From: Macrostomum lignano
Taxonomy: Eukaryota
Direction: 5' to 3'
Length of the DNA: 64,000 nucleotides
Assembly: GCA_002269645.1 (NCBI GenBank)
Contig: NIVC01000200.1
Coordinates: 124,001 to 188,000 of the forward strand
The notes under the pieces are model-generated. The model was not told where the DNA came from, ran no database searches, and saw nothing but the letters and a program-made list of their open reading frames with translations. This document shows, piece by piece, positions 1 to 10,515 of this stretch. Each line of letters opens with the position of its first letter. The stretch's first letter is position 1. The translations under genes were made by a program, and so were the position numbers.

Positions 1-760
1 ATCCCGGACACAATCCCTAATTACATGATCCCGGACACAATCCCCAATCACATCCCGGACACAATCCCTAATTACATAATCCCGGACACAATCCCTAATT
101 ACATAATCCCGGACACAATCCCTAATTACATGATCCCGGACACAATCCCTAATTACATAATCCCGGACACAATCCCTAATTACATGATCCCGGACACAAT
201 CCCCAATCACATCCCGGACACAATCCCTAATTACATAATCCCGGACACAATCTCTAATTACATAATCCCGGACACAATCCCTAATTACATAATCCCGGAC
301 ACAATCCCTAATTACATGATCCCGGACACAATCTATAATTACATAATCCCGGACACAATCCCTATAGCTAATTACATGATCCCGGACACAATCCCTAATT
401 ACATAATCCCGGACACAATCTCTAATTACATAATCCCGGACACAATCTCTAATTACATAATCCCGGACACAATCCCTAAATACATAATCCCGGACACAAT
501 CTCTAATTACATAATCCCGGACACAATCCCTAATTACATGATCCCGGACACAATCCCCAATCACATCCCGGACACAATCCCTAATTACATAATCCCGGAC
601 ACAATCTCTAATTACATAATCCCGGACACAATCCCTAATTACATAATCCCGGACACAATCCCTAATTACATGATCCCGGACACAATCCCTAATTACATAA
701 TCCCGGACACAATCCCTAATTACATAATCCCGGACACAATCCCCAATCACATCCCGGACA
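1..760. repeat. Minisatellite, 27-nt unit (atcccggacacaatccctaattacatr), iGluR intron
   Basis: Tandem array visible; truncated by the window start. Confidence 0.95.
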
Positions 761-766
761 CTGCAG

Positions 767-3700
767 GTTCGCGACCTCAAGCACCGCTGGCAGCTGATCA
801 GTCAGCATGTTGAAACCCAACAGCGGCAGCGCGAAGGCCATGGCGGCTCCTCTCCGCCTCCTCCTCCGTCGCTGCAGACGGTGGCTCTGGTCATGGACTC
901 GGTGACCGCGGCGCTGACAGCAGCGACAGCAGCTCAGCTCGACCTTAACGCAGCATCGTCGAGAACGACGACAGAAGCCAGGAAACGGATGCGGTGGCAC
1001 CTGGCCAACACCGTTGATTTCGTTGGCTACACCGGCCGTGTCACCTTTCGCGGCGGCGGCGGTGGCAGTCAGCGGCGGACGAGTTTGTCGGTGCCGGTGC
1101 TGCAGTTGAACAGCCCGGACGGCTTCCGGCATCTGGACGATTGGCGGTCGAACTCGAATTCGCGGCCGATGCAACTGTCGCCGGACGTTGCTCATGGCGG
1201 CGGATTCTTCGATAGCAGCGACAGTGACATCGGTGTCGGCTTCAGGGGGCGCCGGAACCGAACAGCGAAGTCGTCGCTGCGCTGGCCGAGTCTCATCCGG
1301 GTGGTGACCATCGAGTCCAGGCCGTTCGTGCAGCCGAAAACTGCATCGTTAGCGACAGCAGCCGATGACGTCGGTAGCAACGACACCGCACCGTCTGCGT
1401 CGCCACGTCGCCTGCCGTTTGAAGGCTTCTGCATGGAGCTGCTGGAGCGAATTGCCGAGCGAGTTGGCGGGCTGAAGTACTCGGTGCACCTTGTCCACGA
1501 TGGTCAGTACGGCGGTAGGAACTCCAGCGCTCCGGCAGCGACAGCGGAGGCGGACAAGTGGAACGGCATGATCGGCGAGCTGCTTCAAGACACCGCCGAT
1601 GTCGCATTCGCGCCGCTGACCATCAACACGGAGCGATCGAAGGTGGTGGACTTCACCGAGCCGTTTCTCACCTTTGGCATCTCAATCATGATCAAGAAGC
1701 CGCGCAAGGAGAAGCCGGGAATTTTCGGATTCTTGCAGCCGCTGTCTCAGGTGAGGCGACGTCGTCTGCTGTGCTGGGCTTTGCATGTCCATGCTCACTG
1801 AGCCCTAGGTTTAACTGCCTAGTCGCTTTTTCCTGCTATCCTGCCAGTCCTCAGTGCTGCCCCCCCCCATGAGTGCCGCCTCTCCTACCAGTCCCGAGTG
1901 TCTAACTGCAAGTAAGCTCAACGGGTGCGTGCAATAAAATTTTTGGTAATTTTATATTAAGACATATTATGACATATTATGAATTTTATGTTATGATCTA
2001 GGATCTGGGATCCAGGATCTGGGATCTAGGATCTGGGATCTAGGATCTGGGATCTAGGATCTGGGATCTAGGATCTGGGATCTAGGATCTGGGATCTAGG
2101 ATCTGGGATCTAGGATCTGGGATCCAGGATCTGGGATCTAGGATCTGGGATCTAGGATCTGGGATCTAGGATCTGGGATCTAGGATCTAGGATCTGGGAT
2201 CTAGGATCTGGGATCTGGGATCTAGGATCTGGGACCTAGGATGGCCCTACATGCCAACATGTGCTGCCCCATCCCTGACCCCAACTGAGCACAGGTGTGG
2301 CCCTACATGCTCACATGAGCTGCCCTATCCCTGACCCCAACTGAGCACAGGTGTGGCCCTACATGCTCACATGAGCTGCCCCATCCCTGACCCCAACTGA
2401 GCACAGGTGTGGCCCTACATGCTCACATGAGCTGCCCCATCCCTGACCCCAACTGAGCACAGGTGTGGCCTACATGCTCACATGAGCTGCCCCATCCCTG
2501 ACCCCAACTGAGCACAGGTGTGGCCCTACATGCTCACATGAGCTGCCCTATCCCTGACCCCAACTGAGCACAGGTGCGGCCCTACATGCTCACATGAGCT
2601 GCCCCATCCCTGAACCCAACTGAGCACAGGTGTGGCCCTACATGCTCACATGCGGCGCGGGGGTGATTGCCGGTCTGCACCTGTGCGCCAGACTCAGCCC
2701 TGTTGAGTGGCGCATCTCAGACTCCGAGCAGCTGCAGGCCTGCAGTCTTCTGCTTCTGCGGAAGAGGCGCAGAGACTTCTCGCTGTTCAACTCGCTGTGG
2801 TTCGCGCTGGCCTCCATCGTCAACCAGAGTGTGGACATCTCGCCCCGCAGCTCAGGTGCTCGACTGGTAACCAGCGTGTGGTGGTTCTTCACCCTGATCA
2901 TGATCGCTGACTACACCGCCATCCTGGCCGCCTCCCTGACCGTTGAGCTGCTGCGGACACCCATCGAGAGCTGGCCGGACCTGCTGGGAGCCCACGAGAC
3001 CAGCGGCATGCTGTTTGGCACCATCGCCTCGGGCTCGACTCAGGCCTTCTTTTTGAGCACCAAGATTTGGCCCTACAGCGGCATCGGGGCCGTGATGAGG
3101 AGCAACTCTGATAAGGTGCGGCTTGGGATTGGGGATTTGGGGTTGGGGGCCGGATTTGGTTTGATTTGGCGCTTTAGGGTTTTATAAGATTTGAAATTTG
3201 TGTATTCACCTTTTTATTACATTCCCGTGAACACCACCGAGATCCCCGTGAACACCACTGAGATACCCGTGAACACCACTGAGATACCCGTGAACACCCA
3301 GAGATCCCCGTGAACACCTCGAAATCCCCGTGAACACACCGAGATCCCCGTGAACACTCCGAGATCCCCGTGAACACCCAGAGATCCCCGTGAACACCTC
3401 GAAATCCCCGTGAACACTCCGAGATCCCCGTGAACACCCAGAGATCTCCGTGAACACCATCGAGATCCCCGTGAACACCCAGAGATCCCCGTGAACACCC
3501 AGAGATCCCCGTGAACACCCAGAGATCTCCGTGAACACCCAGAGATCCCCGTGAACACCCAGAGATCCCCGTGAACACCCAGAGATCTCCGTGAACACCA
3601 CCGAGATCCCCGTGAACACCCAGAGATCCCCGTGAACACCCAGAGATCCCCGTGAACACCCAGAGATCCCCGTGAACACCCAGAGATCCCCGTGAACACT

Positions 3701-4580
3701 CAGAGATCCTCGTGAACACCAAGAGATCCCCGTGAACACCCAGAGATCCCCTGCACCCGGAGCCCCGCAAACCCGCCCAGGTGTACGCGAGCACCACAGC
3801 GGCCGGGGTGCAGCGAGTTCGCGAATCCAACGGCCGCTACGCCTTCCTGCTGGAGTCGAAGATGAACGAGTTCCACAACAACCGCGATCCCTGCGACACC
3901 ATGATGGTCGGGCACCCGTTCGGCGACAACGGCTACGGGGTGGCCACCCAGCGCGGCTCGCCGCTCAGAGAGCTCTTCAACGATGCCATCCTGCAGCTGA
4001 GGGAGCAGCAGGTGCTGGCCGAGCTGTACAAGAAGTGGTGGATTGAGAAGGTAAAGATCGGTGTTAGAGTCCGAGACCTTGAGCACACTTGGCTGTACAC
4101 AAATCGAAGAAATCAAACTTTTCGCATGAAACTGGGGTCCTGGGTTCTACTCCTACCTGTAATTACATGTAATTAGGGCACTGCAATTTGCACCCATGAG
4201 AGGCCTGTGATGGGAGCACCGGTTTCCGTTGGCTCAGCTACGGCATTCTTTGGGTCCAGTATCGCACAGGGCCGGAGTTCGAACCCCGCTACTGCCAGCA
4301 AGTCCCGATCGAGCTCGAACCCCGCTACCACCCACAGGGCCAGTGCGCCACCGACGACTCTGACTCGAGCGACGCCGGCCAGTCGCCGCTGGCAGTCGTT
4401 AATGTGGCCGGCGTGTTTTACATCTTGGTGGCCGGGCTGGGCGCTGCGATGGCCGCGGCGCTGGTCGAGTCCGCGTGCTCCGCGGCGATGCGGCGGCGGA
4501 GAAATCGGCGACTGAGGCGGCGGCCCGAGATGGCGGCCGGCTGCGTCGGGGCGACATTGGCGGCTGGCGTAATCATGTAG
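767..4580 (+). CDS. Ionotropic glutamate receptor, AMPA/kainate-like; 5'-partial; exons 767-1750, 2630-3115, 3781-4050, 4338-4580
   Basis: All junctions are GT-AG and phase 0. S1 has [32 protein letters not shown]; M2/M3 has [20 protein letters not shown]; S2 has GTIASGST and [11 protein letters not shown]; then KKWWIEK|GQC and M4 [12 protein letters not shown]; stop TAG at 4578-4580. Upstream exons lie outside the window. Confidence 0.93.
1995..2241. repeat. Minisatellite, 14-nt unit (gatctaggatctgg)
   Basis: Tandem array visible. Confidence 0.95.
2243..2651 (+). repeat. 56-nt tandem repeat that includes the iGluR splice acceptor and the first 7 codons of the exon
   Basis: CAG|GTG junctions at 2295, 2351, 2407, 2463, 2518, 2574 and 2630. 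Confidence 0.95.
3223..3752. repeat. Minisatellite, 20-nt unit (cccgtgaacacccagagatc)
   Basis: Tandem array visible. Confidence 0.95.
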
Positions 4581-4588
4581 ATCTTGGG

Positions 4589-4801
4589 GTTTGAGCAGCA
4601 GTTTGAGCAGCAGTTTGAGCAGCAGTTTGAGCAGCAGTTTGAGTAGCAGTTTGAGCAGCAGTTTGAGCAGCAGTTTGAGTAGCAGTTTGAACAGCAGTTT
4701 GAGCAGCAGTTTGAGCAGCAGTTTGAGCAGCAGTTTGAGCAGCAGTTTGAGCAGCAGTTTGAGTAGCAGTTTGAGTAGCAGTTTGAGCAGCAGTTTGAGC
4801 A
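4589..4801. repeat. 12-nt repeat (gagcagcagttt) just 3' of the iGluR stop
   Basis: Tandem array visible. Confidence 0.95.
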
Positions 4802-6222
4802 CAAGCAGCACAAACCACAGCTACATCAACTTCATCAAGATGCAGTCTTGGTGTGAAAATCGCATTTTCCGACTTGAATTCTGCATGCTGTGTTTGCTGC
4901 ATGCCAGACTCACCTGAGCTCACCACCTGACTGAAATTGGTCACCGCAGACTTGCAGTGCGACAAAGGGAGACTAAAGCGCACATGAAAGGGAAATTACG
5001 TGTTTCCCAGAAAAAAATTGAAGGCTGGCTATGATTGAAAATGAACTGCAAAGATAAGAAGTCATGATTTTGTGGTAATCAAAATGACAAAATCTTTTGA
5101 CAGAAGCAGATTTAGTTATTTTTTTTTGTCATATCAGCAGCTGCATCATAAAGTGTTTGTATGACAAAAATTCAAATGCATTCAAATTCATTAGAAATAA
5201 AGTAAAAATCTTGTTCAACAACGTGTAGTAGCATGCATTGTAATTCTAGAAATTTTCGCGATAAATATATATTCCAAATACATTAAGATAAATAACCACG
5301 GGACTCTGTTTAAAATATTCTCGTCTCCGGAATGTTCCTATAAAAAAGTAAATATAATCATGCACACGCGCAATCAAACAGCTGCAACCGTGGGGTCTAC
5401 AATTGCTCCAATATTTTTATTTATCGCCTTCAAATCATTTGAATTCTCTACAGAAGCATCCGATCTGATCAAACTCTACAGGAAGCTACACGAGTAGTAG
5501 AGGGGATGTACACACCGCCGCGGGAATTCCGTGGGCCCGCATGGAACCGGGCTCCTAGCTATAACGCGTTTGCACGAGGGACTCTGCCGCAGGCAAAGCT
5601 ACGGAAATACAATGGGACCTAATAGAGCAGGTAGCCGCTATTGTTTAAAGACATGGAATGGACTCTGCCCGAGAGACCATAAAGGTTTTGTAGATCGTAG
5701 GTTTTCATAAATTTTGAGTGAAAGATTCAGTTAGACTTTTTCAGTAAGAGAATGCGTGTGGTCATGTTAGCGCCACCGAACTTGAGTAAATTGAATTCCA
5801 CACGGCTTTCCCTGCGGCAGTGTGCACATCTCTGAGTCTCTCCTCTACCTAAATGGCTGTATATGTGGTAAACCATAGCTAAATTGTACAAGTACTTTTT
5901 GTAAGAAATCAAGATTTTCAAGTGGACTTCAGGCAGAGGCCACTCGGCACTGAGGCTGCAGCCGCACCCAAAATTGACTCAATTTAGTGAGCTGGATTTA
6001 GGCGCTCAGAACTCCCGGAAAGTGTGCTCAGGGAGTAATAGTGGGCATTTTGTATGGTGAGTGCTCAGCACGGATCGATTATCGAGCCCCCCCGCAACCC
6101 CTCAGCACCGCCACTCGAGCAGACTCAGCTCTGATCCCTCAGCTCACCGCCTTCCTGCGCACATGGTTGCAGTTTGTAACATCAGTAACATTGCAGCAGC
6201 AGTGCATTGAATTGTGTTCATT

Positions 6223-6621
6223 GCAGTGACCCATTGAAGAAAATGCAACACAGAAGCGAGCGCTGAGTCTGCTGCTAGTGAGGAGAATTTAAGCAAACTG
6301 CATGCCATTTTTGCAGGAATTCAATTCAACAGTCAAGTCCCGATTTCAGATGCTGAAACTTCTAGAACAATAAAAACAATGAGAGAAGTGTTGACGGCCA
6401 ACATAAGTTTAATATAATTGCTTAATACATGCATAATGTTAAATGTGCTTCTATTTAATAAATATCAATTCTGACATGTACAAGACATGATAAACATTTA
6501 TCAGACAAAGAAAGTAGTCGCATTAAAAAATTATTAAAAAACTCGAACAAAAACCCGGCCTCCAACAAATCAGTCACTCCAGAAACCTTCAGTACGATTA
6601 TTATTCGGCCTGTGAATAAAA
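6223..6621 (-). repeat. 3' flank of NHL copy 1, homologous to 43784-44180 (3' flank of copy 4)
   Basis: Shared blocks, e.g. gcagtgacccattga..aaaatgcaacacagaagcgagcgctgagtctg..agtgaggagaatt.aagcaaactgcatgccattttt. Confidence 0.9.
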
Positions 6622-8241
6622 TCAGGATGCACTGAACACCTGCAGTCTGCTGTTGTAATCGTCAGCCACCACCAGCTGCTCGCGCGGACCTCCCGTCACC
6701 ACCGCAAGACCCCATGGATGCCAGAATCTGCCGTCTCCGCTGCCGCTCTCGCCAGTCCCCAGAGTCCACAGCAGCGACCCGTCGTCTGCAGCCACCGCTC
6801 GCACTGAGTGACCACCATGTTCACTCACGAACAGGCGGCCTTTGCTGTCGACGGCCACATCCAATGGCCAAGCAAACTGTTGAAGGCCGGAACGCTGAGT
6901 CGGGAAGGAGGCGACCAGCTGCTGGGTGTCGATGCGAACTCTGTGCACCTGATTGTGCTTCCAGTCTGTCACCAGAATGCAGTTGTCGTGAGTCGCCAGG
7001 TTGCCAAGTCGAGCATGAGGAAGCTGAGACAGCGTGATGACCGTCTCCATCTGCCAAGTCGCTTTGCTGAATGCAGCAATTTTGTTTCCACCGGACACAA
7101 ACACGGAGGCTGCGTTGCCGCCGATTCCATTGATGTCTCCGAAGCCCTCGGTCTGTAGGCGGACTACAGCGCGACCGCTCAGGTCCGTCACTGTCACTGC
7201 GTCAGGCTGAGCAATGAACAGCAGCTGACGGTCGCAGTGAAGGCCAAAGATGTGCTCTTTCCATTCGATGTCGCAGTGACACCGCAGCTTCTGTGAGCCG
7301 TCCACAGACAGCACCAGTAGGTGGTCTCTGTTTGGACAGAATGATACAAGGATGCAGGGCTGAGGCAGAGCCCCGTAGCCGTCTTTCTTTGAATCGGCGG
7401 GAACCACACGGCCTGAGCGGTCACCAACGAATCCGCTGGTGTCGTTGCACACAACCACCCACCGGAAAAGGCCATCCAGCTTCACCTCGTGACTGAAGAC
7501 CATCGGATCGAACAGCAGTCTATGAGCAGTGTCTATCTCCTCGGATGTCGCAGTCACCGCAGCGTCTCTCGACCAGTCGCCCTCTTCACTGCGTCCCGCA
7601 CAAATGCCGACCAGCCGCTCGAGCTGGCCCAGAAGCCGCAGCTGCAGCTCCTCATTGTCGCTCTGGTCTCTGAGCAGGCGCTCTGACCTCTCAAAGTCGG
7701 CCTCCAAGTCTCCAAGCGATTCGTGCATGGACTGGACCAGGCGAAGCAGCTCCGCCATGTCGCCTGCAGCCTCCGCCGTGGCCACCTCCTGCTTGTAGCT
7801 GGAGACGTCCTCGAGGTCCCGCTCGCACACACGCACTGCCTCAAGCACACCTGAGAGCTGGCCCGTCACCCTGCTACGAAACGAGTCGATGTGTTGCTGT
7901 ACCAAATCGAATTTGTGATTGACCTCTTGCAGCTGCTGTTGGATGTCGAGAGCGAGACGACGCAGCGAATCAGCGTCTTGTCTGTGTCGCAGCAGCGCTG
8001 CACGGCCAGCTGCACCTGCTGCGCCTTGTGACTCTTGTGAGTAGGCTCGCAGCAGCTCGTCGACCTCCTCCTTGAGCTTGAATAGATTGGCCACATCGAC
8101 ACTGAGGTGTTGACTGCACATGTGGCAGCGGGAGAACGGAGCCACACCGACTGCAGCTTGGTCGCAGATGATGCAGAGAGGAGTTGGGGTAGCGGGAGAC
8201 GCGTCCGAACTCGAGCTGTCGCTGGAGTCATCAAGGCTCAT
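6622..8241 (-). CDS. Cys/His-knuckle + coiled-coil + NHL beta-propeller protein (TRIM-NHL-like, no RING), copy 1; intronless, 539 aa from ATG 8241
   Basis: N-terminal CIICDQ..RCHMCSQH, a long heptad-rich helix, and NHL-consensus blades (FAWPLDVAVDSKGRLFVSE; RFWHPWGLAV..VADDYNSRLQVF). ATG chosen from the conserved acaATGAGC start in copies 2 and 4. Confidence 0.85.
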   Translation of the reverse strand: MSLDDSSDSSSSDASPATPTPLCIICDQAAVGVAPFSRCHMCSQHLSVDVANLFKLKEEVDELLRAYSQESQGAAGAAGRAALLRHRQDADSLRRLALDIQQQLQEVNHKFDLVQQHIDSFRSRVTGQLSGVLEAVRVCERDLEDVSSYKQEVATAEAAGDMAELLRLVQSMHESLGDLEADFERSERLLRDQSDNEELQLRLLGQLERLVGICAGRSEEGDWSRDAAVTATSEEIDTAHRLLFDPMVFSHEVKLDGLFRWVVVCNDTSGFVGDRSGRVVPADSKKDGYGALPQPCILVSFCPNRDHLLVLSVDGSQKLRCHCDIEWKEHIFGLHCDRQLLFIAQPDAVTVTDLSGRAVVRLQTEGFGDINGIGGNAASVFVSGGNKIAAFSKATWQMETVITLSQLPHARLGNLATHDNCILVTDWKHNQVHRVRIDTQQLVASFPTQRSGLQQFAWPLDVAVDSKGRLFVSEHGGHSVRAVAADDGSLLWTLGTGESGSGDGRFWHPWGLAVVTGGPREQLVVADDYNSRLQVFSAS

Positions 8242-8259
8242 TGTTAGATAGACTAGCAG

Positions 8260-8392
8260 CTGAAACACGGGTTAAGTAAAAAAGTTATTGATGACACATC
8301 AGACGAAGAGAAACTATGAGAAGCTGAGGATAAGAAGATAAGTAGGATAAGTAGTTAGCTTTGGGCACTGAATGTCAAGTGTATTTTTTAAT
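8260..8392 (-). promoter_or_regulatory. Candidate intercistronic region: ATTAAA (8392-8387) after the RNPC3 stop, a pyrimidine-rich stretch, and an acceptor tttcAG (8261-8260) 18 nt before the NHL copy 1 ATG
   Basis: The motifs are seen directly; the trans-splicing interpretation is inference. Confidence 0.5.
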
Positions 8393-8432
8393 GCTGGTAG
8401 TCACACTACTTAGACGGTTCAGTAGTATAAAA

Positions 8433-9890
8433 CTAATCATTATCATCAGCGTCAGTATCGCGGGCTTGGGCAAACGCCACAACCATAGGTTTATTGTGCA
8501 GCACACAGCCATGGAGAGCTTCCAGGGCCGCAGTCGCTTCAATCGCGCTATCAAAGCTAACAAACGCTTGACAGCGCATCCGACCGGAAGTGAGCAGGCG
8601 AACTTTTCGAGCCGAATAGGGTTCGAATACTGACTCGAGATCCGATTGGACGACTGAACGGGCGAGATTCTTCAAGTAGAGCCTGTTGGCCGGCTTGCCT
8701 GGGCTGTAGTTGCGCAATGCAGCCAGCTGGGAGCGCTCCTGCTCACCTATGCGGGTCAGACAGGGAAGGGGGGCGGAACTCGGGGCGGATGACGGAGCAG
8801 GAGCGGAAATGGGGGCGGATGACGGAGCAGGAGCGGAAATGGGGGCGGATGACGGAACAGGAGCGGAAATGGGGGCGGATGACGGAGCAGGAGCGGAAAT
8901 GGGGGCGGATGACGGAGCGGATGGCACGAGCCGACCGAACCCAAAGCCAGTCTGTGGCACTTCCAGCGCTGGCAAAGCCGCAGCCGCTTGTGCAGGCGCA
9001 ACCGGAAGTGAAATTCTGGCTGGCAGACGAAGTGCCGGCGGCCGCAGCTGAGGCGGCACCGACTGGGCGGCAGTCGTCGCACCTGCGGCGGTCACCGGAA
9101 GCAGCGCTGGAGCAGGCCGCGGCTTAGGCAACAGGTGCTTCCGGCTGAACTGGGCAACAGCAGAAACAGCAGCAACTCCTCGAGGCTTCTTGGCAGCTGA
9201 AGCAGCAAAAGATAATGACGAGGGGCACTCTTCTTCTTCTTCAACTTGTTCAACAGGCTTAACATTTGCAGTTTCATCTGCGCCATCAGTGCTTGCACTC
9301 TGCCGATGGCTGGCAACCAGCTGATCCTTTGCAGCCGAGTTGCCGCGACGCAGCAAGCCGAGAACCTTTCTACGAAACCGAGCATCGTTGCGCAACAGCC
9401 ACACAGCCTCGGAGGTGGCCGCTCGTTCGGCTTCTTCAGCCGCCGTCCAGCCGCCGCCCCAGTCGAGACAAGCGGCGGCCGCCTGACAACGGCGGGCGAA
9501 TTCAACGCAAACCCGACGGCCTGCCAGCAGCTCCTCCTCGTGGAGGCACTTCAACACCGCCTTGGCCTTCGCCGAATCGTTGAACGTGGCGTACAAGCAG
9601 CCCGATAGGCGAGGATTCGGCGAGACGGCTACGGCACCGAAACCGTCGACAAAGAGCCGGTGAGCCTGGGACCAGGGCAGCTGGGCTGGCCAGCGGCGGA
9701 TGTGCAGTACTCGAGTATCTGTTATCGAGTCTGCTGATGCCTCATCATTGCGGATGCTGGAAGCTGCTTGCTGCTGCTGATGATGATGAACAGGCGGGGG
9801 CTGATGAAAGGGAGGCTGGGGCGGCGGCGGTGGCTGCGGAGCAGGCTGCCAAACCCAGCTGGGAGGAAGTTGATTGCTGTTAAAGCTTTG
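8433..9890 (-). CDS. RNPC3: RNPC3 (U11/U12 snRNP 65K), two RRMs; single long exon; start codon unresolved
   Basis: RRM1 (RVLHIRRWPAQL..YATFNDSAKAKAVLKCLH..RVCVEFAR) and RRM2 (NYSPGKPANRLYLKNLAR..SGRMRCQAFVSF..LHNKPMVVAFA) match RNPC3 as I recall it. The frame is open from about 9917 with no ATG; there is a phase-0 acceptor at 9892-9891. Confidence 0.85.
   Translation of the reverse strand, partial: QSFNSNQLPPSWVWQPAPQPPPPPQPPFHQPPPVHHHQQQQAASSIRNDEASADSITDTRVLHIRRWPAQLPWSQAHRLFVDGFGAVAVSPNPRLSGCLYATFNDSAKAKAVLKCLHEEELLAGRRVCVEFARRCQAAAACLDWGGGWTAAEEAERAATSEAVWLLRNDARFRRKVLGLLRRGNSAAKDQLVASHRQSASTDGADETANVKPVEQVEEEEECPSSLSFAASAAKKPRGVAAVSAVAQFSRKHLLPKPRPAPALLPVTAAGATTAAQSVPPQLRPPALRLPARISLPVAPAQAAAALPALEVPQTGFGFGRLVPSAPSSAPISAPAPSSAPISAPVPSSAPISAPAPSSAPISAPAPSSAPSSAPLPCLTRIGEQERSQLAALRNYSPGKPANRLYLKNLARSVVQSDLESVFEPYSARKVRLLTSGRMRCQAFVSFDSAIEATAALEALHGCVLHNKPMVVAFAQARDTDADDND
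8780..8920 (-). repeat. In-frame 30-nt coding repeat (APSSAPISAP) in the RNPC3 inter-RRM linker
   Basis: About 4.5 copies visible. Confidence 0.9.
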
Positions 9891-9967
9891 CTGAAGAATT
9901 TGTAATAATGCTTTTAATTAACTATAATTATCAGCATTTTTCAGGTGCTTCTTCTGATATGCGGTGA

Positions 9968-10515
9968 GGGATCAATGAAGGGATTTGAGATTGCAATGAA
10001 GCGATTCGGGATTGCAATTAAGGGATCAATGAAAGGACTTAGGATTGAAATGAATGAATCAATGAAGGGACTTAGGATTGAAATGAAGGGATCAATGAAT
10101 GGATCAATGAAGGGACTTAGGATTGAAATGAATGGATCAATGAAGGGATTTAGGATTGAAATGAAGGGATCAATGAAGGGATTTAGGATTGAAATGAAGG
10201 GATCAATGAAAGGATTTAGGATTGAAATGAAGGGACCAATGAAAGGATTTAAGATTGAAATGAAGGGATCAATGAAGGGATTCAGGATTAAAATAAAGGG
10301 ATCAATGAAGAGATTTAGGATTGAAATGAAGGGATCAATGAAGGGATTTAGGATTGAAATGAAGGGATCAATGAAGGGACTTAGGATTGAAATGAAGGGA
10401 TCAATGAAGGGATTTAGGATTGAAATGAATGGATCAATGAAGGGATTTAGGATTGAAATGAAGGGATCAATGAAGGGATTTAGGATTGAAATGAAGGGAT
10501 CAATGAAGGGATTTG
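9968..10515. repeat. Minisatellite, 33-nt unit (aagggatcaatgaagggatttaggattgaaatg)
   Basis: Tandem array visible between DDB1 and RNPC3. Confidence 0.95.

Noticed and set aside
25-813. Long ORFs over tandem arrays (e.g. 25-813, 3174-3830, 9941-10580, 11391-12104, 12502-13868, 30216-30846, 40903-41686, 42595-43425, 54657-55571, the repeat part of 57648-59084, 62169-62945)
   Set aside because: They are translations of stop-free minisatellites lying in introns or intergenic DNA of well-supported gene models.
716-1607. Antisense and alternate-frame ORFs over GC-rich exons (iGluR, NHL copies, RNPC3, TSC2, TSFM)
   Set aside because: Expected shadow ORFs of GC-rich coding sequence, with no recognisable motifs.
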